Shown piece after piece: positions 52,183 to 62,632 of a stretch of DNA of 64,000 nt. Position 1 is the stretch's first letter, and every line of letters begins with the position of its first letter. A program made the translations under genes and the position numbers. The stretch comes from an uncultured archaeon (GTDB lineage Archaea; Thermoproteota; Bathyarchaeia; Bathyarchaeales; Bathycorpusculaceae). A model generated the notes under the pieces. It saw nothing but the letters and a program-made list of their open reading frames with translations, was not told where the DNA came from and did no database searches. The stretch lies in contig CAWENF010000001.1 in NCBI GenBank assembly GCA_963810275.1, positions 1 through 64,000 of the forward strand, written 5' to 3'.

Positions 52183-53781
52183 ATGGTCATACCTATCCTA
52201 CTCTTAGTCTTCGCTATACCTTCAATCTGCATACCCCTAGTCTACTTAGCAGGAAAGAAATCACCAAAAGCAGCAGCTGCATTCGTCGCAGCCATCGCTC
52301 TGGTAAACTTGGCGTTGATTTTTGCGACGGTTCCAGCTATCCAAGCTAACGGCTTCTATCAGGAAGGCCATGTCTGGGTCCCAACAATAATTAACACAGA
52401 GTTTACGCTTTACCTTGACGGCATAAGCGCGTCAATAGCCATGATCAGCTTAGTGCTTATCTTCGTCGCAGCGATATACTCAGTAAATTACATGGCGGGC
52501 AAAAAGAACCTCCCATCTTACTACGCGCTACTCTGCATGCTGTCAGTTGGATTGGTTGGCGTTTTCTTAACTAGCAACCTGATTTTGTTCTACTTCTGCT
52601 GGGAACTCATGCTCGTCCCTGCCTACTTTATAGTCGGTGAGTGGGGCTACCGCAATAGCTACAAATCAGCCCTTAAACTCTTCATATTCACACACGCAGG
52701 CGCAGTCTTCGTGCTGCTGGGCATTGGCGCAATCTACGCTGTGACAGGTGGTATAACAGACATGTTCCAAGCGCAACAAGCGTTAATGCAAGCTGCAGGG
52801 TCAGACGCAGCCAAATGGATACTCATCGCATTAACAGGCGGCTTTGCAGTCAAAATGGCTGTGTTCCCGGTTCATATGTGGCTTCCCGACGCTCACTCAG
52901 AGGCACCCGCCCCCATGTCAGCGCTCCTCAGTGGTGTCATCATCAGTGCAGGCGCTTACGCAATTATACGCATGTCCTTCGGAATGGTCTTCCCAGCTGT
53001 GGGCATAACTTTCGGAACAGACTTCCTACATGTCCTGACAATCTTCGGCATACTAACAGCCTTCTTCGGCTCACTTCTCTCACTGGTTGCAACAGACATT
53101 AAACGCGTTATCGCATACTCATCAATTGCCCACATGGGCTACATAATGTTCGGGCTTTCACTGTTCCCAGCGGCACTCGCAAAAGGCAACGTAGTCCTAC
53201 TTGCATCTGCCTCAGGCATCGCAATCGTCGGCACGGTCCTTCATATCATCACACACGCAGCAAGCAAAGGCCTCTTCTTTTTAACCGCAGGAGGCGTCAT
53301 GCACCAAACCGAAGAGCGCGACATCCGCAAAATGGGTGGCTTAGCCTCCAAGATGCCGTTTAGCGCCGTCTCAGGAACCATCGCAGCCTTAAGCATAGCT
53401 GGCGCTCCGCCGCTAGCATGCTTCATAAGCGAATTCCTCATCTTCGTCGGCGCATTCCAAATCATAGCCATAGACCCATTCTACATCATCCCAACAATCC
53501 TCATGCTGGTGGCAACCGTTTTCTCGCTGGCTTATGCCCTTAGGTTTGTTTCTAAAGTTTTCCTTGGAACGGCCAAAGGCGAAATAGTGGTAGACATACA
53601 CAGCGGAAACGAAGCAGCACCGGTTGAATTGGAGCATAAACACAAAATCATGGAAATACCCAACTACATGAAGATGTCTTTGGCAATCCTTGTAGTGCTG
53701 GTAATCTTAATCGGCATCTACCCAACATTCTTCATGGAACTAATACAATCAGTGACCTTCGGTCAGGTAATGGTGCCATAA
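52183..53781 (+). CDS. NuoM-like antiporter subunit
   Basis: FYFCWELMLVP, VKMAVFPVHMWLPDAHSEAP, IAYSSIAHMG. Confidence 0.92.
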   Translation: MVIPILLLVFAIPSICIPLVYLAGKKSPKAAAAFVAAIALVNLALIFATVPAIQANGFYQEGHVWVPTIINTEFTLYLDGISASIAMISLVLIFVAAIYSVNYMAGKKNLPSYYALLCMLSVGLVGVFLTSNLILFYFCWELMLVPAYFIVGEWGYRNSYKSALKLFIFTHAGAVFVLLGIGAIYAVTGGITDMFQAQQALMQAAGSDAAKWILIALTGGFAVKMAVFPVHMWLPDAHSEAPAPMSALLSGVIISAGAYAIIRMSFGMVFPAVGITFGTDFLHVLTIFGILTAFFGSLLSLVATDIKRVIAYSSIAHMGYIMFGLSLFPAALAKGNVVLLASASGIAIVGTVLHIITHAASKGLFFLTAGGVMHQTEERDIRKMGGLASKMPFSAVSGTIAALSIAGAPPLACFISEFLIFVGAFQIIAIDPFYIIPTILMLVATVFSLAYALRFVSKVFLGTAKGEIVVDIHSGNEAAPVELEHKHKIMEIPNYMKMSLAILVVLVILIGIYPTFFMELIQSVTFGQVMVP

Positions 53782-53782
53782 A

Positions 53783-55309
53783 ATGACGACAATCTTAGAC
53801 CTAATATTACCAATCTTTACACTCGTAATAGCAGCGCTACTCACCATCCCAATCTTCAAAGCCATACGTGGTAGCAACCACAAAACCGCCCTCATGATCA
53901 CATGGGTTATAGCAGTCTTTGCCATCGCAGGCTTATCTGTTGCTAACCTAACGCTTTCATACTACAGCGTAGCCAACCCCGCCCCTCTAACATTAACCTT
54001 AGAGCCAGGCGCTAATCCCGCAATTGCAACAAGTTTCTATATAGACGCCATCTCAATCTACATGGCTATACTCATAGTTGCTATAGCCGCAGTCGTCATG
54101 GTCTACACAACCTTCTTTGTAGACTCAGCCAATCGCCCTTCAGACCGCTACATAGCCGTTATGTTCGTTGCAACCGCTGCACTCTTAGGGGCGGTTTTAG
54201 CAGGCGACTTGTTGACCTTCTTCATATTCTGGGAAGCCGTGACCGCCGCCGCAGCGTTTCTGATGCTATACCGCAAAAATGCGTTCAGCCTAAACGCCAC
54301 GCTAAAGTACATGGTGATGGTCATAATCGCTTCAGCGTTTGTACTGCTTGGGCTTTCAGTGGTTTACGGCTTAACTGGCAGTCTCAACTACGTTGCCATC
54401 CGTGAATTCATCAACGCAGGCACCCTTGTAGGTGGCGACATGAATCTGCTCTTAATCGCGTTCATATTCATCGTTGCAGGCTACGCAATTGAAGCAGCAA
54501 TCGTTCCCTTCCACTTCTGGCTCCCAGACGCATACACCGCAGCCCCCGCCCCTTCCGCAGCTTTCTTATCTGCATTGGTTGACCAAGGCAGCTACTACAT
54601 CCTAATCAGAATCTTACTCTTCATCATCATGCCGCCCTCAGTCGGAGGCTTCTTTGACTGGACAATAATGCTCGCCGTCATGGCTGCCCTAACTATGGTC
54701 GTCGGTAATATCTTTGCACTCATACAGTTCAACATCAAACGTTTAGTCGCATACATCTGCGTTGCAGACGTCGGCTACAACCTCGTCGCTATCACCAGCG
54801 CTACACAACTTGGCTTAGCAGGCAACTTGTACTTCTTCCTAATCGGCGCACTAACCACCGCACTGGCATTCATGGCTATCGGAATCATAAACAAGCATGG
54901 TTTCCACACACTTGACGACTTTGCTGGCATCGGCAAAAAAATGCCCTTCGCATCGATTGCTTTGGTGGTTGCTGGTTTAAGTCTTGCAGGTGTTCCACCG
55001 CTTGGCGGCTTCTTCGCAAAATACTTCGTGTTCACCGCTGCCATCAGCGTCGACTTGACTTGGCTCGCTGTTATCGGTGTATTAACCAGCGTGCTACAGA
55101 CCGCCTATATCTTCCGCCTTGTCAACGTCATGTACGGTAAAGCACCTAAGGATGGTTTCACTACACGCATAAAGGAGAACAAGTACCTGTTGATTCCAGT
55201 ATTCATTCTGGTTGCAGCAATATTCATCTTGGGCCTGTTCCCAGACATCGCGCTACGTATAATCGAACCAATTATGTCGCAGCTACCCTGGCCGGCATTG
55301 CCTGCATAA
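53783..55309 (+). CDS. NuoN-like antiporter subunit
   Basis: TLKY, VPFHFWLPDAYTAAP, NIKRLVAY, SLAGVPPLGGFFAKY. Confidence 0.9.
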   Translation: MTTILDLILPIFTLVIAALLTIPIFKAIRGSNHKTALMITWVIAVFAIAGLSVANLTLSYYSVANPAPLTLTLEPGANPAIATSFYIDAISIYMAILIVAIAAVVMVYTTFFVDSANRPSDRYIAVMFVATAALLGAVLAGDLLTFFIFWEAVTAAAAFLMLYRKNAFSLNATLKYMVMVIIASAFVLLGLSVVYGLTGSLNYVAIREFINAGTLVGGDMNLLLIAFIFIVAGYAIEAAIVPFHFWLPDAYTAAPAPSAAFLSALVDQGSYYILIRILLFIIMPPSVGGFFDWTIMLAVMAALTMVVGNIFALIQFNIKRLVAYICVADVGYNLVAITSATQLGLAGNLYFFLIGALTTALAFMAIGIINKHGFHTLDDFAGIGKKMPFASIALVVAGLSLAGVPPLGGFFAKYFVFTAAISVDLTWLAVIGVLTSVLQTAYIFRLVNVMYGKAPKDGFTTRIKENKYLLIPVFILVAAIFILGLFPDIALRIIEPIMSQLPWPALPA

Positions 55310-55659
55310 GGCAGCCTTCTTCTTTTCATATTTTTTTGTTAATCAACCATTAGCTGGTTCTAACTCCGCTTAACCTTACAGCCGATTTTTAGCCGCTGTT
55401 TACCCGCTTCCAATTTCCGAAACAACATTTGTCCTGTCCACACAATGCGATGGATTCAACATATGTTATATTTTATGATGTGCCTGAAAATTCTGCTGAC
55501 CACCGCTTCAGACAAACAAAAACAATGCATTTCACCAAAGCAAAAGCCTTCAACTGCCCTCTTGTGGTGCGGTAGAAATTACCATGCTCACATAAAGACA
55601 AAAAAGCAATTCCCCCAAAAATTAAAAGGGGCAAATTCTAAGACAGAACTGAAGTTTCA

Positions 55660-56904
55660 CTATCGGATTTGTCCGTCTCCCACAACCACATACTTCAAAG
55701 TTGTCAAATGCTTGATGCTCATGGGGCCACGAGCATGAAGCTTCTGCGTCGAGATGCCGATTTCCGCGCCTAAACCGAACTGGTTGCCGTCGGTAAAGCG
55801 GGTAGAGGCGTTCCAGTAGACAGCGGCGGAATCTACTTCTTTTAGAAACCGCTGCGCCTTGCTAAAGTCCCGTGTGACTATGCTATCCGAGTGATGGGTG
55901 CCGTATTTGTTGATATGTGCAATTGCCGCATCAAGGTTTTCAACCACTTTAACGCCGATTATGAGGTCCAAGTACTCCATGACCCAATCCGCCTCGGTTG
56001 CTGCTTTCACGTCAGGCACGATTTTTTGAACTGTCTCGTCTCCTCGGACTTCAACTCCGTTCTTGCGCAACTCCGCAATCACGTTGGGCAGGTAGGTTTG
56101 GGCGATGCTTTTATCCACAACCAGCTTCTCGGCAGCGTTACAAACTCCGGGGCGTTGCACTTTGGCGTTGACAACTATGGGTGTGGCTTTTGATAAGTCT
56201 GCGTCTTCGTGGACGTAGATGTGGCAGTTGCCAGTACCTGTCTCGATGACTGGGATTCGGGATTTCTCTACAACAGTGTTGATTAGGTCTGCGCCGCCAC
56301 GAGGCACAAGCACGTCGATGTATTTGCGCATACCCATAAGTTCCTCAGCCGCTTTACGGTCGGGAGAGTTAACAATTTGAATGGCGTCCACAGGCAAGCC
56401 TGCACCAGCTAAAGCGCCTCTGAGGGCTTCTCCGATGGCTAAGTTGCTGTTAAGCGCATCTGAGCCGCCCCGTAGAACCACTGCGTTGCCTGACTTCACA
56501 GTGATGCCAGCTGAGTCAGAGGTAACGTTTGGGCGAGACTCGTAGATGACTCCCACGACACCCATGGGAACGCGTATTTGGCTGATGATTAACCCGTTAG
56601 GTCTGGTCCATGTTGAGAGGATTTCGCCGACTGGGTCATTCATGCCTGCAACTTCACGCAGCTCCTTTGCCATGTTACTGATTTTTTTCTGGTCCAACGT
56701 AAGCCTATCCAGCAAAGCGGGTTTGACGCCTCGCAGTTTGGCTGCTTCTACGTCGATTTTGTTTGCAGCCAAAATCTTCTCCGCGTCTGCTTCAAGGGCA
56801 ACTGCCATTTTTTGGAGCGCCAAGTTTTTGGTTTCCGTCGGCAGCTTTCCCATTTCAAACGCTGCAGCTTTAGCTTTGATGCAGATTTCCTCAATCATGC
56901 TCAT
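55660..56904 (-). CDS. proA: Gamma-glutamyl phosphate reductase
   Basis: GVIYESRPNVT, VCNAAE, NASTRFTDG, GISTQKLHARGPM. Confidence 0.97.
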   Translation of the reverse strand: MSMIEEICIKAKAAAFEMGKLPTETKNLALQKMAVALEADAEKILAANKIDVEAAKLRGVKPALLDRLTLDQKKISNMAKELREVAGMNDPVGEILSTWTRPNGLIISQIRVPMGVVGVIYESRPNVTSDSAGITVKSGNAVVLRGGSDALNSNLAIGEALRGALAGAGLPVDAIQIVNSPDRKAAEELMGMRKYIDVLVPRGGADLINTVVEKSRIPVIETGTGNCHIYVHEDADLSKATPIVVNAKVQRPGVCNAAEKLVVDKSIAQTYLPNVIAELRKNGVEVRGDETVQKIVPDVKAATEADWVMEYLDLIIGVKVVENLDAAIAHINKYGTHHSDSIVTRDFSKAQRFLKEVDSAAVYWNASTRFTDGNQFGLGAEIGISTQKLHARGPMSIKHLTTLKYVVVGDGQIR

Positions 56905-56907
56905 TTT

Positions 56908-58020
56908 TTATTCCTCAATTAGGTGAATATTACGCCGTTCAACTACCTCTCCAGGTTTGTCGGCGCCAAGTTGCTCTTGCACTTCGCTTACTTGTAAGCC
57001 CTTTATCAGATTTAACTGTGTGCTGCTGTAGTTAGGGTTACCTCTGGCGAATTCGCCTTTCTCGTCTGCTAAACTGACTACATCCCCTTCACAGAAAGTA
57101 CCTATCACGTCTGTAACGCCTACGGGTAACAGGCTTGCGCCTTCTACAATCGCGTTTTTTGCACCCTCGTTGATGTAGATTGTTCCTTTTACTGCTGCAC
57201 CATAGGCTAACCACCGTTTGACTGCGGGCAATTTCTCCTGTGGCTTGAAGTATGTGCCTACTGGTTTGTCTTCTAATATATCTACGATGACGTTTGGGGC
57301 GCGGCTGTTGGCAATAACTACTGGGATGCCACAGGATGTAGCGATTTCGGCAGCTCTTATTTTGCTTTGCATGCCGCCTCTGCCCATTTTGCTTTTGCCG
57401 TTTAAAGTTTCTTTTAGTTGGGGTGTGACTTCGTCCACTGTTTTTATGAATTCGGCGTCATTTTCTTTGGGGTCGGCTGTGTATAAGCCTTCAACATCGG
57501 TTAGGATGATAACTAAATCTGCACCCAATGCACCTGCCACTAAGACACCGAGGTGGTCGTTATCACTGAAGTTGATTTTGTATCCCTCAGCATGTAGCAG
57601 CTCGTCCACGCTTGTTACGTCGTTTTCGTTTATAATTGGTACAACATCAATTTTTAGTAGCAACGAGATCACGTTACAGGTGTGCACGTATGAGGCGCGG
57701 TTTGAAAGGTCTTCTGCGGTGAGTAAGATTTGGGCGACTTTTAAGTCGTGTTCTTTGAAGCATTCACGATACTTTTCCATAAGTATGCCCTGTCCAGCTG
57801 CAGCGGCTGCTTGCTGAAAAGCAACATCTTGAGGTTTAGGAGGTATACCCAGCTCCTCTATTCCAGCGGCGACAGCGCCTGACGTAACAAGGATTATTTT
57901 GTAGCCGTTTGCGACTTGCGCAATTTGTCTTGCGAGGTTTGCTATTTGTTCTTTATCGAGTTTGCCGTCTATGGTTATGCTGTTAGTGCCTACTTTGACT
58001 ACTGCTAGCTTTTGACTCAT
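56908..58020 (-). CDS. proB: Glutamate 5-kinase with PUA domain
   Basis: VVKVGT, TSGAV, PIINEND, FSDND, GRGGMQSK, SLLPVGV. Confidence 0.96.
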   Translation of the reverse strand: MSQKLAVVKVGTNSITIDGKLDKEQIANLARQIAQVANGYKIILVTSGAVAAGIEELGIPPKPQDVAFQQAAAAAGQGILMEKYRECFKEHDLKVAQILLTAEDLSNRASYVHTCNVISLLLKIDVVPIINENDVTSVDELLHAEGYKINFSDNDHLGVLVAGALGADLVIILTDVEGLYTADPKENDAEFIKTVDEVTPQLKETLNGKSKMGRGGMQSKIRAAEIATSCGIPVVIANSRAPNVIVDILEDKPVGTYFKPQEKLPAVKRWLAYGAAVKGTIYINEGAKNAIVEGASLLPVGVTDVIGTFCEGDVVSLADEKGEFARGNPNYSSTQLNLIKGLQVSEVQEQLGADKPGEVVERRNIHLIEE

Positions 58021-58191
58021 AGTTTTCCCATGGCTCCATGTTCTTATTTGAATATGTATGGCTTCCTTAAAAACTCAACCAACCGTTTTTAGGCTCAACT
58101 TGCTAGTTTACGTTAGATAGCTACTCAAACGATAAATTCCTTGAATCTACTGGGAAAATCTTATAAGGAAAATGGACAACCGTTGTTCAAC

Positions 58192-60360
58192 ATGTACATA
58201 CCTCTACAAACTTTGACAGCGATTTCTTTTGATAATCCTCTCATATTTTGGATAGCCCCCATTGCGGGTGTCATCGCAGTTGTCGCTTCACTTCTACTCA
58301 TGCAACGCATAGGCAAAATGAGCCCAGGCGGACCAAAAACAGTGGAAGTAGGCAATGCAATCCGCGAAGGCGCCTATGCTTTCCTAAAGAGGCAGTATAA
58401 GACCATCGCTATAATTACAGTGGTAATCTTTGCTCTGCTATGGATTGCCTTGCCGACTGGACCGTTCGGCGTGGGTACGGCGGCAGCGTTCTTGGTAGGT
58501 GCAGTCGCTTCACTGGCGGCTGGATACATCGCTATGGACAACGCCACCAAAGCCAACGTTAGAACTGTGGCTGCGGCAAAAGATTTCGGCGCTGAAAAAG
58601 CGTTGAAGACGGCATTTTACGGCGGCGCCACTATGGGTATGGCGGTTGTTGGTTTATCTCTCTTGGGTGTAAGTTTTCTGTTCCTGCTATACGGCGGATA
58701 CGACGCAATGTTTGGCAATCTCTCCGTCTCTCAATCTGCTGAGCTCGGCAGAAGTGCCGCAAGCGGTATTGTCGGTATGGGTTTTGGAGCATCACTCATC
58801 GCGTTATTCGCCCAGCTAGGCGGAGGCATTTACACTAAAGCCGCAGACGTCGGTGCAGACCTTGTGGGCAAAGTTGAAGCTGGCATTCCAGAAGACGACC
58901 CCCGCAACCCCGCAGTTATCGCTGACAACGTTGGCGACAACGTCGGAGATAGCGCTGGCAGAGGCGCAGACCTATTCGAATCAGCCACAGGTGAAAACAT
59001 CGGTGGCATGATCATCGGCGGCTTAATCAGCATCGCAACTGGCAACTTGATCTTCCTTATGTTCCCTCTCATTGCAAGAGCCTTAGGCATCTTCGCAACT
59101 TTGGTGGGCATGCCCTTTGTGAAGCTCAACGAATCCGAAGCCAAACACCCCATGAAAGCCCTGCGCAAAGGCTTAATGGTTACAACAATCGTCGCCGGCA
59201 TATTGTTCTTCTTTGCATCATACTTCTTGCTCGGAAGCATGTACCTGTTCTACTGTCTACTCTCAGGATTAGCAGCAAGCGTGGCCATCGATTACATCAC
59301 AGACTACTACACAGGACGCGACAGAAAACCGGTCGTCAAAATCGCAAAGGCAAGCGAAACAGGAGCCGCAACTAACATCATCACAGGCTTTGCAGTTGGC
59401 TTAGAAACAACCGCACTCCCAATTGTTTCTCTCGTAATCGCCTTGCTCATCTCATACTTCTTTGGAACACAGTTTGGTGCAGAAATCGGCATTGATCCCT
59501 TCATCGGTGGCATCTATGGAACAACACTCGCAACCATGGGTATGCTCGCAGTCATGGGAATGGTCTTAGCACTTGACGGCTTTGGCCCCATTGCGGATAA
59601 CGCAGCCGGCATCGCAGAAATGTCTGGTGAAGGAGGCGCGGAAGCAACCATGGAAGCACTTGACGCAGTAGGCAACACAACCAAAGCCCTTACAAAAGGC
59701 TTCGCTTTAGGCTCCGCATTACTTGCAGCGCAATTGCTATTCCAAACATACATTGAAGAAGTAGCTCTCCAAACAGGAGTAGCCATCAGCATCGATATAT
59801 CCAACCCAGCAGTACTCGCTGCAGGCTTCATCGGTGCAATGATGCCATTCTTCTTCAGCAGCCAAGCCATCAGTGCAGTAGGCAAAGCCGCAGGTGAAAT
59901 GGTTGCAGAAGTCAGACGGCAATTCAAAGAAATCCCAGGCATCATGGAAGGCACAGCCAAACCTGAATATGGTAAAGCAGTCGACATCAGCACAAAATCA
60001 GCACTCAAAGGCATGGTACTTCCAGCATTAATCGTCGTGGTAGTACCAATCATAGTCGGTATGCTCATGGGACCTGAAGCAGTCGGCGCACTCGTCATAG
60101 GCGCAACCCTTTCCGCAGTACCACTGGCATTACTCATGAACACAGGCGGTGGCGCATGGGATAACGCAAAGAAACATATTGAAGCAGGCTTCTTCGGCGG
60201 CAAAAACAGCCCTGCACACGCAGCAGCAGTGGTCGGAGATACCGTCGGTGACCCAATGAAAGACACAGCAGGCCCAAGTTTACACGTACTCATCAAACTG
60301 CTATCAACGCTCTCAATCGTGTTCATCCCACTGTTCTGGAATATACTACAGTTGATCTAA
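58192..60360 (+). CDS. hppA: Membrane-bound H+-translocating pyrophosphatase, predicted K+-independent
   Basis: GGGIYTKAADVGADLVGKVEAGIPEDDPRN, DNVGDNVGD, GNTTKA (Lys determinant), GDTVGDPMKD; start uncertain. Confidence 0.95.
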   Translation: MYIPLQTLTAISFDNPLIFWIAPIAGVIAVVASLLLMQRIGKMSPGGPKTVEVGNAIREGAYAFLKRQYKTIAIITVVIFALLWIALPTGPFGVGTAAAFLVGAVASLAAGYIAMDNATKANVRTVAAAKDFGAEKALKTAFYGGATMGMAVVGLSLLGVSFLFLLYGGYDAMFGNLSVSQSAELGRSAASGIVGMGFGASLIALFAQLGGGIYTKAADVGADLVGKVEAGIPEDDPRNPAVIADNVGDNVGDSAGRGADLFESATGENIGGMIIGGLISIATGNLIFLMFPLIARALGIFATLVGMPFVKLNESEAKHPMKALRKGLMVTTIVAGILFFFASYFLLGSMYLFYCLLSGLAASVAIDYITDYYTGRDRKPVVKIAKASETGAATNIITGFAVGLETTALPIVSLVIALLISYFFGTQFGAEIGIDPFIGGIYGTTLATMGMLAVMGMVLALDGFGPIADNAAGIAEMSGEGGAEATMEALDAVGNTTKALTKGFALGSALLAAQLLFQTYIEEVALQTGVAISIDISNPAVLAAGFIGAMMPFFFSSQAISAVGKAAGEMVAEVRRQFKEIPGIMEGTAKPEYGKAVDISTKSALKGMVLPALIVVVVPIIVGMLMGPEAVGALVIGATLSAVPLALLMNTGGGAWDNAKKHIEAGFFGGKNSPAHAAAVVGDTVGDPMKDTAGPSLHVLIKLLSTLSIVFIPLFWNILQLI

Positions 60361-60548
60361 AACCAAAAAAGGGAAGTTTTTCCCTTCAACCATTTTTTTA
60401 AAAACTAAAGCAAGATTTTTTTGATAATTACAAACTAAATATACGCTTTCTTTTCAAAGCGTTTGAACATAAGAACATCAGTTGTTTGATGAACTTTTAA
60501 AAAGTGGAAAAGACAAGCACTGATTTTTTCAAAGAAAAAAATTAGGTT

Positions 60549-60893
60549 CTATAGGTTGTCTACCTGTGTGCTCTGAGGCACAGGACCGGAAAAACCCTCC
60601 TCTTTAATCTTCCTTGCTAATTCCATGCCTGCATCGGTTAGATAGAAAACTTTGTAGCGGTTACGTCCATCACGGGTGATTTTTGTTTCCTCCTTAAACA
60701 GCCCTGCGTTTACCAGAATGTGACAAAAGCGAAGCTCTTTAGAGGGGCTAGGAGTTCCAAGGCTGTCCTCTAAGAGGCTCAAGTAATGTTGTCTGCTATC
60801 AAACACCGCTACAAGGCATCCTTTGAAAACATCATGTTGTTCCTCTATGTATTTACACAAAAAGTCTTTGAGACTATCAACCATCACAAACAC
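60549..60893 (-). CDS. Hypothetical protein, winged-helix-like
   Basis: LVNAGLF...RYKVFYLTDAGMELA wing/helix pattern. Confidence 0.65.
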   Translation of the reverse strand: MFVMVDSLKDFLCKYIEEQHDVFKGCLVAVFDSRQHYLSLLEDSLGTPSPSKELRFCHILVNAGLFKEETKITRDGRNRYKVFYLTDAGMELARKIKEEGFSGPVPQSTQVDNL

Positions 60894-60967
60894 CTAAAAC
60901 AGACAAGATACGAAAGGATTTAAGGTTTGCCGACTCACAAGTTTAGTTGCAAAGCCGAAGTGTCCTA

Positions 60968-62056
60968 ATGAAAATAGTACAGAAAAACCTTCAGCAAGGC
61001 TTCATAAAGGTCGTAGCTGACACGCCTGACGACCTATGGCATTTATACAACGTCATCTACAAAGGCGACGAAGTCTACGCCATGACCAGCCGAGCCATCA
61101 AAACCGATACCCCCACAAGCCGCCCAAAAAGCGCAGAGCGCGTCTCAGCTTTTATGGGTGTAAAAGTGGAATCAGTAAGCTGGGATAAGTTTCTGGGAAA
61201 ACTAAGGGTTCACGGGTTAATCATTCATGCCCCCGACATAATCCCCACGGGTGCCCACCACACACTCGCCATATCATTAAACCAGCAAATGACCATCGTT
61301 AAAAAAAACTGGCCAAAACATCTTATTGACCGACTCACAAGAGCTAGCGAAACCGAAAAACCAATGCTCATAATAAGCATCGACGATGAAGGCTTTGCTA
61401 TAGCAGAAACCAAACAGTACGGCTACGAAACCCGCGTCGAGCACCGCATACGTCTACCGGGAAAACAAGACGCCGACAAACGCGTCGAAGCCACTAAAGG
61501 CTACTTCCGCCTTGCACTTGACACCCTGCATAAGCTCTGGAGCACTAACCATAACCCAATTGTTGTTATCGGTGCTGGCTACGTAAAAAACGATTTTGTT
61601 TCTTACTTGCAAGAGGAGTCAAAAGAGGTATCTAAAGCGGTCGTTGACATTAAAAGTGTAAACAACGGCGGCACTGCAGGCATCGACGAGGCGTTACGTT
61701 CAGGTGTATTGCTTAAAGCTGTACATGACCTGAGAGTCGTTGAGGAAACGGACACCATGGAGGAGCTCATGAAGCGACTTGGAAAAGAAACAGGCGACGC
61801 AACTTATGGCTTGTCTGAGGTGGAAAACGCCGCCAACATGGGTGCTATTGAGAAACTGATTGTGGCTGACACGATGCTGCGCGATGCGGGCGAAGAGCAG
61901 CGTCTCAAACTTGAAGCTTTGATGCGGGATGTGGAGCGGCGGCAGGCCGCGGTATCGGTGGTTAGCACTGAGCATGAAGCGGGTTTTAAGCTGCTTTCCT
62001 TGGGTGGTATCGCGGCTCTTTTGCGTTTCCGAATATTCAAAACGCTCCAAACTTAA
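60968..62056 (+). CDS. pelA: mRNA surveillance protein Pelota
   Basis: DDLWHLYNVI, LRVHG, GAHHTL, TEHEAG..L..LGGIAALLRF. Confidence 0.95.
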   Translation: MKIVQKNLQQGFIKVVADTPDDLWHLYNVIYKGDEVYAMTSRAIKTDTPTSRPKSAERVSAFMGVKVESVSWDKFLGKLRVHGLIIHAPDIIPTGAHHTLAISLNQQMTIVKKNWPKHLIDRLTRASETEKPMLIISIDDEGFAIAETKQYGYETRVEHRIRLPGKQDADKRVEATKGYFRLALDTLHKLWSTNHNPIVVIGAGYVKNDFVSYLQEESKEVSKAVVDIKSVNNGGTAGIDEALRSGVLLKAVHDLRVVEETDTMEELMKRLGKETGDATYGLSEVENAANMGAIEKLIVADTMLRDAGEEQRLKLEALMRDVERRQAAVSVVSTEHEAGFKLLSLGGIAALLRFRIFKTLQT

Positions 62057-62139
62057 ACCAAATTTTTAGCAACTCTCAATAATCTGCTTGCATGCATAAG
62101 GGGCTTAATAAGCATGCAACCGGTATATTGTTAACTGAC

Positions 62140-62547
62140 AGGAATAATACAGAAAAAAAGTTCGCGTAACTCGTGTAGAAGCCAAAAGCTTTGGCGTTGA
62201 CGTGCAGGACCTAGAAGATGATGTACCGCTATGCCTATGCTAGAAGCGTTACACAATGGTTAGGTGCACCTAACCGTTATGATTTGCCAACAGTTGACAC
62301 AAACAAACGCCAAAGAAGAACCCCCCGAAAACTGAAAAATTCAGTTGGAATGCAATAGATAAAGACATGTATGACTCTGGCGAGACTAAGAACCTCAAAG
62401 ATTTTGAGACAGCTATTGAAATCTTGCAGAAAAACAACCTACCTTTTGAAATAGACGTTGAACACGCTGTTTGGGTAACTGATAAAGACGGATTAAAAGC
62501 TAGAAATCTGCTTAGAGAAACAGTTGGTGTATTTGGCAGTTTATAGC
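62140..62547 (+). pseudogene. Degraded ORF of unknown function
   Basis: Coding-like open 3' frame (FSWNAIDKDMYDSG...LRETVGVFGSL*) preceded by in-frame stops and a coding-like 5' fragment. Confidence 0.4.
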
Positions 62548-62632
62548 CTATTAACCCACTATTTTTTTGGAAAAACCTTAGTAAACTCGTTTCTCCTAAC
62601 CTCATAAACAGAAAGAAAGACTTTTCCGCTTT

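Noticed and set aside
59514-60326. 270-aa minus-strand ORF
   Set aside because: Antisense shadow of hppA
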